NCBI RefSeq assembly: GCF_006345805.1
Contig: NC_043007.1
Coordinates: 21,886,001 to 21,950,000 of the forward strand
From: Octopus sinensis
Lineage: Eukaryota
Direction of reading: 5' to 3'
DNA length: 64,000 bases
A program made the translations under genes and the position numbers. The notes beneath the pieces are model-generated. The model did not search any database. It saw nothing but the letters and a program-made list of their open reading frames with translations, and was not told the DNA's origin. Of the stretch, positions 42,701 through 54,200 are shown piece after piece (the stretch's first letter is position 1; the number at the start of each line of letters is the position of its first letter).

Positions 42701-45700
42701 TCTTTGGTGACCCTGTCAGAGTAGGTACCACTTAAAAAGCATCCAGTGCACACTGTAAAGTGGTTGGCATTTGGAAGGGGATCCAGCTGTAAAAACCTTG
42801 CCAAAACTGACCTCGCCTGGTCCTTGGTGACCCTGCAAGTGCAGGTGCCACTTAAAAAGCACCCAGTGCACACTGTAAAGTGGTTGGCGTTTGGAAGGGC
42901 ATCCAGCTGTAAAAATCCTGTCAAAACAGTCACATCTGGTGCAGGCTTCCACCTGGCTGGCTCCTATCAAATCTTCCCACCCATGCTAGCATGGAAAGCG
43001 GATGCTGAATGATGATGATGATGATGCATTATCTTGTAGCTTTGAAATTTAAATGATGTGGTCGTTTATTTTTTGATGTGATTTGTTTGTTTATTATGAT
43101 GGTGGAGGACAAACAGAAGCACACACACACACACTATTGATTTCGAGCAAGCTCTGTCTAGAAGAGTGCTTTTCAAACTTTTTGCTGGAGTGGAACCCTA
43201 AGGAAACATTCCACTGGCTCGAGGAACCCCTGTGCAATAATTTAATAGTCTTATGCACACATATCTGCACAGGAAAATTAAAAATTACTGCCGATTTTAG
43301 CAGTTTTGTAACTTCTTGCGGAACCCCTGGACTGTACTGGCGGAACCCTGGTTGAAAACCACTAGTCTAAAAACACACAGGATTTTGAAAGGGTATTTGA
43401 AGAGACAAAAGATCAGTAAAAATTGCTCACCAACGATATTGTTCAGCAGATTTTAACCATATATTGTTGAAATAAAGAAGTTCAAACTGTAAAGACAAAG
43501 GGAAAAAAAATCGTTAAAGCAAATAATTAACTTCCATAATTACTCAGTACATATTATCACCATCAATACTACATGTCAGAAGTCTTCCCAATAAGGGCTG
43601 ACCTGGAGCTATACAACAACACAAGCAGTGGCCACACAACCAATGAGAAATAGCAGCTAAATCTCCCTCAAATTACATGTCTTTAAAAAAATAAAAGGAT
43701 ATATTCGATAATACAGTTCTACGTACCCCTAAATAGATAGGGTGGTCACACCTCTTTTACTCTTTTATTTGTTTCAGTCATTTGACTGCAGTCATGCTGG
43801 AGCACCGCCTTTAGTCGAGCAAATCGACCCCAGGACTTATTCTTTTGTAAGCCTAGTACTTATTCTATCAGTCTTTTTTTTGCCGAATTGCTAAGTTACG
43901 GGGACGTAAACACACCAGCATCAGTTGTCAAACAATGTTGGTGGGGACAAACACACACATATGAAAATATTTTGGCAAATTAAATTTAAATGTTGAAGTG
44001 AATCCAACGGATTTTGTGTGTTTTTAAATAGCTTATAAACACCTTCCATGCTGCAACTGTTATATATATATGTGTGTGTATACATATATATATACACACA
44101 CACACACACACTGTAAATAATGACTTTTTAGTTTACTTTGTTATTTATAAAATGTACAGTCATATACTGTGGAGGTGCAATGGCCCAGTGGTTAGGGCAG
44201 CGGACTCGCGGTTGGAGGATCACGGTTTCGATTCTCAGACCGGGCGTTGTGTGTGTTTATTGAGCGATAACACCTAAAAGCTCCACGAGGCTCTGGCAGG
44301 GTGGGGTGGCGACCCTTGTTGTACACTTTCGCCCCAACTTTCTCTCACTCTCTCTTCCTGTTTCTTGAGTAACGCTGCAATGGACTGGCATCCCGTCCAG
44401 CTGGGGGGGGAACACATATGCCACAGAAACCGGGAAACCGGACCCATGAGCCTGGCTAGGCTTGAAAAGGGTGACGTTTATCGTATGTATACACAATAAA
44501 CTAAAAGCGTGCTTGATACAAACATTGGAGTTTCATGTAATTTTTTTGAAGACTAGCAAGAAGATAGATTTTAATTCCTTTAACTTGATGATTCTGGCCC
44601 ATCTCATCAAACTGGTACCTTAAAAAAATTGTAGGTAACGCTGTGATGGACTGGTGTCCTGTCCAGCTGGGGGGAACACATATGCCACAGAAACTGGGAA
44701 ACTGGACCCATGAGCCTGGCTAGGCTTGAAAAGGGCGAAAGACAGTCATATACTAGCAGATGGGAGAGAAAAGGAAACCACATATTCAAACAGTTACACT
44801 ACAGATACAATAAAATAAAGAAAGCTGAGACAGAGTAAGTGAGAATGTAATAGAGGGAAAAATAAATTGTTTTGTCTTACCAATGTTTGATTAATATAAT
44901 ACTCAGCAATATAGACCAAACACAATGGTAACATATACTTCACAACTGCCTAAAAAATAGAAAAACGAAAAATATTTAAACCTGAAGAAGCCAGATCAAT
45001 ATTTAACATAGAAATAGTAGCAAAAATTTCAATATAATTAAGTAATAGGTATAGGCACGGCTGTATGCTTTTTGTGTTTAGCTTTGCAGCCATGTGGTTT
45101 AGGGTTCTGTTCCAATGTGTGACACCTTAACCCTGGCACGTAAAGAGCACCATCCGATCGTGGCCGTTTGCCAGCCTCGCCTGGCCCCCGTGCCGGTGGC
45201 ACGTAAAAAGCACTATCCGATTGTGGCTGTTGCCAGCCTCGCCTGGCTCCTGCACCGGTGGCACATAATAAGCACCCACTACACTCGCATTAGGAAGGGC
45301 ATCCAGCTGTAGAAACACTGCCAGATCAGACTGGGCCTGGTGCAGCCTCCTGGCTTCCCAGACCACAGTCGAACCATCCAACCCATGCTAGCACGGAAAG
45401 CGGACATTAAACGATTACGTTTTATCAAGTGTAATGCTTATCGATTTGAATTAATCATACATTATTTTGTAGTTTTGAGATTTCGTTGACATGAGTGTTT
45501 ATTTTCAAGAACAATATTGTAGGGTAAGTGTGAGAGGCAGGATAGGCCCAATTTAAATGCTAGAGTGTTAAGCAAATGACTTCTGCCATAGCCGCAAGCT
45601 GACCAATGTCTTGTGAGTGGACTTGTTACATGGGAACTGTATAGAAACCGGATCTTTACCTTTTGACCGACAGATTTAAAAGACAATTTTTTGTAACTAA

Positions 45701-47417
45701 ACACTTTCAAACACGTTCAACATCTCTTTATCCATGTTAACATGGGGTGGATGAGTCCAGAACAGGAACTAACAAGCCACAGGATACACTGAGCCCCAAC
45801 GTCTACCTTGGTGTGGTTTCTACAACTGGATGCCTTTCCTAATGTCAACCACTTTACAGAGGGTACTGGGTAATTTTTCTTTTTACAAAGCATTAACACT
45901 GGTGAGGCCAACAAGTACTTGAAAGATATAAATCTTTAAATTTACGGAGATGTACTTGCATAGCAAGTGACCTGATCTGAGATCGTGTGCTGGAACGAAA
46001 ACAATTGCGGCATGAAAGATGTTTCTAAGTCATTTCAAAACACACAAAAACCGTTAGATTCACTTCAAAATTTAAGTTTAATTTGTCAAAATATTTTCAT
46101 TACTTTGAAACCACGACCTGTTCACTGACAAAACTTTGTGCTGCATCGAAAATATTTTGACAAATTAAATTTAAATGTTGAAGTGAATCTAACGGTTTTT
46201 GTGTGTTTCTTAAATGGCTTATAAACACCTTCCACGCTGCAATTGTTAATCTTTAAATTGTTTCAGCTGTGGTCATGCTGGGGCACTTAAAAAAAAAAAA
46301 AAAACTCAACAACACCAGAGTATAGTGTTGTGATTAGTGATACATTCAAGAGGACAACAACCAGACCAGAACCCATAGTGGATTGGTCATTGCCAGGGTT
46401 AACATCAAAGAGTGGACAGGCATCATCATCATCATCGTTTAATGTCCGCTTTCCATGCTAGCATGGGTTGGACGATTTGACTGAGGGCTGGCGAACCAGA
46501 TGGCTGTACCAGGCTCCAATCTTGATCTGGCAGAGCTTCTACAGCTGGATGCCCTTCCTAACGCCAACCACTCTGAGAGCATCAATTTTGCTAACTCACA
46601 GAGGGAAGAAGAAAGGAGGTGGTGGTGAAATCTGATTGTGGCATCATCAACAAATGCCCAAATGATCACATGGTCAAGGGATAGTAGGAGTAAGAGGAGG
46701 ATGATATGGAAATGGAGAGGTTAAAACTCACAATTTGAATGCACTTAATCTGATATTTTAGTGCCTTGAACATCTATTCACATTTCTTCAATGTTGGAAT
46801 ATTAAAAACATAAAGACAGTGAAATTTTATACATACACACACACAGATTCATCCATAGACAGAGTGGACATTCAGGTTTTAAACTGCACTTTAGCCCTTT
46901 CATTACCAACCCGGCTGAAACCGGCTTGGCTCTGGGTACAAATGTCTTGTTTTCATAAGTTCTGAATTAAAATCTTCCACCAAACCTTAGTCACAATTTA
47001 TGTTCCTAACACTAGCTGAATGATAACTAAGTTATTTTACTAAATTCTTTGTTATATTTAAAATTGATTGAAAGAAACACAGAGCATCTCAAACGGCTGA
47101 AACCGATTCTGGCTTTGTAATACAAATGTCTTGTTTTCATAAGTTTTGAATAAAAATCTTCTACCAAACCTTAGTCACAATTTATGTTTCTAACACTAGC
47201 TAAATGATAACCAAGTTATTTTACTAAATTCTTTGTTATATTTAAAATTAATTGAAAGAAACACAAAGCATCTCAAAATAAATACAGTAATGAAAGGGTT
47301 AAAATATCATATATAAACCAGTGAAAAATTTTACCCCAATTCTGATGAGTTTTTCTCTTGTATTAAGCATCAATCTCGGAGGTGTTGCTGGAAACAGAAA
47401 GAATATTGGTGTTACCA

Positions 47418-47451
<34 letters not shown>

Positions 47452-48184
47452 AAATTATAATTAGGGTTCAGCTAACTGCTTCACCACATACCGAAATTAG
47501 AAAAGGGAGTTAAAAATTCCCTTTCTACTAGTATAAGAATCTTATAGTAGTAGAAAGGGAATTTTTAACTCCCTTTTCCAATTTCGGTATGTGGTGAAGC
47601 AGTTAGCTGAACCCTAATTATAATTATGTGATAATTTTACCTATAAAGGTTATTTTACCAATCTACTTGGTAAAATTGTTAATTAATTGATTAATTAATT
47701 AATTAATTTGATTAATAAATTTTACCCTTCTATCATATATATATACATATACGATCATGATGCTGACACCCTAACCATTAAGCTACGCGTCTCCACCTAT
47801 GTCATTGCGGTAAAACCAAATGAAAAAATGATAATGATGCTACCTTTGATTATCTTTTATTATAAAATAATTCTAATAGGATTGTCCGATTTGTATTTAC
47901 TAACCAAGGCCATTTGTGTCTTATTTCTAGTCAACTATTTAACTGTCTTTTATTCAATTTAAACCAATCAACATCACATTGTGTACCAAGTTCATCATTC
48001 TCATTTTATTTTTTTGTGAACAGGTGCAGGAGTGGCTGTGTGGTAAGTAGCTTGCTAACCAACCACATGGTTCCGGGTTCAGTCCCACTGCGTGGCATCT
48101 TAGGCAAGTGTCTTCTGCTATAGCCTCGGGCCGACCAATGCCTTGTGAGTGGATTTGGTAGACGGAAACTGAAAGAAGCCTGTC

Positions 48185-48230
<46 letters not shown>

Positions 48231-51200
48231 ATCTGTGGTTGTCCCCCTAGCATTGCTTGACAACCGATGCTGGTGTGTTTACGTCCCGTCACTTAGCGGT
48301 TCGGCAAAAGAGACTGATAGAATAAGTACTGGGCTTACAAAGAATAAGTCCCGGGGTCGATTTGCTCGACTAAAGGCGGTGCTCCAGCATGGCCGCAGTC
48401 AAATGACTGAAACAAGTAAAAGAGTAAAGAATAAACAAACAATACCATTATATTGTAGGAGCACTCCGTCGGTTACGACGACGAGGGTCCCAGCTGACAC
48501 AATCAACAGAACAGCCTGCTCATGAAATTAACGTGCAAGTGGCTGAGTATTCCACAGACGTGCATACCCCTAACGTAGTTCACAGGGAGATTCAGCATGA
48601 CACAGAGTGTGACAAGGCTGGCCCCTTCAAATACAGGTACAACTCATTTTTGCCAGCTGAGTGGACTGGAGCAACGTGAAATAAAGTGTCTTGCTCAAGG
48701 ACACAGTGCGTCGCTGGGAATTGAACTCACGACCTTACAATCGTGAGCCGAATGCCCCTAACCACTAAGTCATGCACCTTCACCATTATATTGTAGTAAG
48801 TTGTTATAAACAGTTTTTTTAACAAATAATGGATGAAATTAGGTTATGGAAAGCTCAACTGTGCATTTAGGACCACGGTGTGAGTTTTTGAGATATTTTA
48901 TTTTGGTGGTGGGGGGTGTGTCTTATATGCCATCATATACAGTATTTAATTAATCATTAATAATTACTTACAGTTTAGTAGCATACCGTGGGGAATATCA
49001 GTACCAATTGTTTGTAAAACTGGAGGCTTTTGCAACAGGACAAAGTAACTGGAAAGAATTACAGTGAAAAATAGGATAAAGTAACTGGAAAGAATTACAG
49101 TAAAAATAGGACAAAGTAACTGGAAACAATTGCAGTAAAAACAGGACAAAGTAACTGGAAACAATTACAGTAAAAATAGGACAAAGTAACTGGAAACAAT
49201 TACAGTAAAAATAGGACAAAGTAACTGGAAACAATTACAGTAAAAATAGGACAAAGTAACTGGAATCAATTACAGTAAAAATAGGACAAAGTAACTGGAA
49301 TCAATTACAGTAAAAATAGGACAAAGTAACTGGAAACAATTGCAGTAAAAACAGGACAAAGTAACTGGAAACAATTGCAGTAAAAACAGGACAAAGTAAC
49401 TGGAAACAATTACAGTAAAAATAGGACAAAGTAACTGGAAACAATTACAGTAAAAATAGGACAAAGTAACTGGAAACAATTACAGTAAAAATAGGACAAA
49501 GTAACTGGAAACAATTACAGTAAAAATAGGACAAAGTAACTGGAAACAATTACAGTAAAAATAGGACAAAGTAACTGGAATCAATTACAGTAAAAATAGG
49601 ACAAAGTAACTGGAAACAATTACAGTAAAAATACAGATTTAGTTTACCATATTTAGATTAACAATTAATATTACAATATTTGAGGGCAGTGAATCAACCA
49701 AAAACCAATCGAGCGCCAGACTAAATGCTCTTCAGTATTTAGTTGAGTCCTTCTATATTTTAAATTTAATGTGTTTGGCACCAACTCACCTGAAAATGCC
49801 TCTGGTTTCATGATAGAAAACCTTTTTTTTTAAATTTTTTTTTTACTTGTTTCAGTCATTTGACTGCGGCCATGCTGGAGCACCACCTTTAGTCGAGCAA
49901 ATCGACCCAAGGACTTATTCTTTGTAAGCCTAGTACTTATTCTATCGCTCTTTTGCCGAACCGCTACATTTCATGGATTTAAACACACCAGCATCGGTTG
50001 TCAAGCCGATGTTGGGGGGACAAACAGACACAAACACACACACACATGTATATATATCCATATATATGACAGGCTTCTTTTCAGTTTCCGTCTACCAAAT
50101 CCACTCACAAGGCTTTGGTTGGCCTGAGGCTATAGTAGAAGTCACTTGCCCAAGGTGCCACACAGTGGGACTGAACCTGGAACGATGTGGTTGGTAAGCA
50201 AGCTACTTACCACACAGCCACTCCTGCGCCTACTTATTTTAAAGTGTTTGTATTTAAATGACAACTATCCATTGTAAGAATCTTTAGTTAATTGTGTTCC
50301 AAACATCAGCTAAATAATAAATAAGTCAGTTATTTTACTAAATCATTTCTCATTTATGCTCCCAACCACATGGTTCTGGGTTCAGTCCCATTGCATGGAA
50401 CCTTGGGCAAGTGTCCTCTGATATAGCCTTGGGCTGACCAAAGCCTTGTGATTGAGTAGAAGTTCTCATTGTGTGTGTACATGTATAAGAAAGTGCTTGT
50501 GCCCTCCTAACAGAGAGGAGGGGAATGAATTTCTTTAGAAACATGGTTACAGAAGGGTTAAACCCAGTCAGAATTTACTTTGCCTTTAATCCTCCTGTGG
50601 TCATCATCATCATCATTTAACGTCCGTTTTCCATGCTAGCATGGGTTGGCCGGTTCGACTGGGGTCTGGGAAGCCATGGAGGCTGCGCCAGGCTCCAGTT
50701 TGATCTGGAAATGTTTCTACGGCTGGATGCCCTTCCTAACGCCAACAACTCTGTGAGTGTAGTGGGTGCTTTTTACGTGCCAGGGGAGGCTGGCAGCGGC
50801 CACAATCGATTGGTGCTTTTTATGTGCCACCAGCACAGAAGCCAGTCAAGGTGGCACTTAAAAATCAATAGTATAGTCCTCAGCTATTACTAAATGTGAA
50901 TAAATAGTGTAGTTGCAATTATTAATAATTCAACTTATCCTTGCTCATCACTCACCCACACAGCCACACGCAATTATGGGATGACAATGATTATGACTAG
51001 ACATGCATTTGCTTCTTATTTCTTTACTACCCACAAGGGGCTAAACACAGAGGGGACAAACAAGGACAGACAAACGGATTAAGTCGATTATATCGACCCC
51101 AGTGCGTAACTGGTACTTATTTAATTGACCCTGAAAGGATGAAAGGCAAAGTCGACCTTGGCAGAATTTGAACTCAGAATGTAATGGCAGACGAAATAAA

Positions 51201-54200
51201 AAAGCATTTCGCATGGCATACTAACATTTCTTATTTCTTTATTGCCCACAGGGGGCTAAACATAGAGGGGACAAACAAGGACAGACAAACGGATTAAGTG
51301 GATTACATCAACCCCAGTGCGTAACTGGTACTTAATTTATCAACCCTGAAAGGCATAGTTGACCTTGGCAGAATTTGAACTCAGAGCATAACAACAGACG
51401 AAATACCTATTTCTTTACTACCCACAAGGGGCTACACATAGAGGGGACAAACAATGACAGACAAACGGATTAAGTCAATTATATTGACCCCAGTGCGTAA
51501 CTAGTACTTAATTTATCAACCCTGAAATGATGAAAGGCAAAGTTGACCTCGGCGGAATTTGAACTCAGAACATAAAGACAGACAAAATACCGCTAAGCAT
51601 TTCGCCCAGCATGCAAACGTTTCTGCCAGCTCGCTGCCTTATGCTTTTGCTTTTTGACTTCATAGGTTTTTTTACTATCAGTAATAAAGGATTATTTTTA
51701 ATGTTAACCGGGATTAAAATGTGATCCCTAGACAGGGGTCTAGAGAAAAGAGAGACTTACCTGAATGCAAAAATGACAGGAATGACAAGCATTACCAGAA
51801 TCGTGTGACGAGGGGAGAGATTAAGCATGGTGAGTCCTGCATAAGAGAGAGCACCAAAAAGTCCAGCCCCTCCAGTTCCAGAGGACCATGTTGAGACAAC
51901 ATTTCTGGAAAGCATAAACGAAATATGAAAAAATATTAGTGCATTAAATACAAAATCCATGACAATTAAAATTTGAACGGAAAAAAAAGAAGAAATTTAA
52001 ATGCAACAGGACAAAGTAACTGGAAACAATTACAGTAAAAATAGGACAAAGTAACTGGAAAAAATTACAGTAAAAATAGGACAAAGTAACTGGAAAAAAT
52101 TACAGTAAAAATAGGACAGAGTAACTGGAAAAAATTACAGTAAAAATAGGACAAAGTAACTGGAATGTGATTTTTCTTAAAGATAGATGTTTAATTAAGA
52201 TTAAGCTATAACCAATATCATTATCATCATCTGAACGTTCAACTTTTCCATGCTTGGATGGGTTGGACAGAGTTTATTGAAACACATTTTCTACAGCTGG
52301 GTGCCCTTCCTGTTGCCAACCTTCACCTGCTTCAAGCAAGGTAATATTTCCCCATGGTTAGACATGTTTTCACAGAATATTGGAAATAAACGACATTCAT
52401 TTACAATGATCATGTGATGTCAAAACAAGGAGACACACACACACATGCACACAAAATGGGCTTTTTTTTCAGTTTCTGTTTACCAAATCCATTCACAAAG
52501 CTTTGGTTGGCTCTGAGCTATAATAGAAGACAGTTGCCCAATATGCCATGCAGTGGGACTGAACCCTAAACTATTGTATTTGGGAAGCAAACTTAAATAC
52601 ACAGCCACATCTGCACCAGGTAAATATTGAAATCTGATACATTGAGACAGGTGGAATGGTTGGTGTTAGGAAGGGCATCAAGCTGTAGAAACCATGCCAG
52701 TTCAGATTGGATCCTGGTGCAATGGCCCAGTGGTTAAGGCAGCGGACTCGCGGTCGGAGGATCGCAGTTTCGATTCCCAGACTGGGCGTTGTGTGTTTAT
52801 TGAGCGAAAACACCTAAAAGCAACACGAGGCTCCGGTGGGGGGTGGCGGCGATCCCTGTTGTACTCTTTCACCCCAACTTTCTCTCACTCTTTCTTCCTG
52901 TTTCTTGAGTAACTCTGCGATGGACTGGTGTCCCATCCAGCTGGGGGGAACACATATGCCACAGAAACCAGGAAACCAGGCCCATGAGCCTGGCTAGGAT
53001 TGAAATGGGCGACGTTTATCGTTTTATATGCTGAAGAACCTCTCCTAATGACAATTCCATACCTCTTTCTCTTTTCTCTCATTCTCCAGTGAGCACAGAA
53101 TCAGATTTCATGAATACTTACTTGTGAAAAAATGAAGTTAAACTCAGGAATGTAACTTCTCCTAATCCAGAGCTGAAGCTGGCAAAACAAACACCTGTCC
53201 AAAAACAAAATATATAATTATATAGTAGCCAGCAATAATAAATCTCTGAACGAGATGTAAACAGTAACTGCACGACAATGTCAGGTATACTAGCCATCTC
53301 AATATGGCTAACCACTAAGGGTGGGTGTTACTGTAGCTTTTAGCCCCAGGAGATCATCGTCTCCAGCTGGCTTTAGGCACACTTTCTTTGCTCTTATGAT
53401 ATTTGCAAAGGGAGGTCATCCCTCTCTCGTAAACCTAAGAGATACACACGGACTAGAAACAGCAGTCCGTGAGTATCACTTAGGTTTATGAGAGAGGGAT
53501 GACCTCCCTTTGCAAATATCATAAGAGCACAGAAAGTGTGCCTAAAGCCAGCTGGAGACGATGATCTCCTGGGGCTAAAAGCTACAGTAACACCCACCCT
53601 TAGTGGTTAGCCATATTGAGATGGCTAGTATACCTTACATATATAGTAGCCACTGTCCTATTATTATATAAAGATTGTTTTTGAGTTTCATACTTTTGTA
53701 TTGTACACACAAATTTGAAACAACTCTGAAGAATTCTTTCAAGTTTCTAAAGCACATTCAATAGTGAAGCCTGACAGTACAATCTCTAAAGGAAAGACCA
53801 TGGACATCTTCCATCAGTGCAGTTAAGAACCTAGCTCCCTTTTCAAGCCTAACCAAGCTCATGGGTCCGGTTTCCCGGTTTCTGTGGCGCATGTGTTCCC
53901 CCCAGCTGGACGGGACGCCAGTCCATCGCAGCGTTACTCAAGAAACAGGAAGAGAGAGTGAGAGAAAGTTGGGGCGAAAGAGTACAAGAGGGGTCGCCAC
54001 CACCCCCTGCCGGAGCCTAGTTGAGCTTTTAGGTGTTTTTGGAAAAAAGAATGTTCATGCAAATAGAAGCACTGTTTCATAGGGTTCACAATGGCTTCTG
54101 TGTAAAACTTATTAGGAGTCTTCAATATGTATTTATACACACAGTTCATCACTAGCATCATTCAAAGTCTCTTTTCTATGCTGGCATGGGTTGGATGGTT

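Noticed and set aside
46732-46775. Possible CLN3 exon [14 protein letters not shown] with a gtgagt donor
   Set aside because: Phase does not fit the upstream exon; 47335-47387 fits phase and family motif instead.
47590-47615. Hammerhead-like look of gtggtga-agc agtta gct-gaacc in the 47.5-kb palindrome
   Set aside because: Three core positions deviate and no stem I; too degenerate to call.
49038-49633. Regular repeats resembling a CRISPR array (also 54376-55065 and 6141-6880)
   Set aside because: No unique spacers, eukaryotic intron context, no cas genes.
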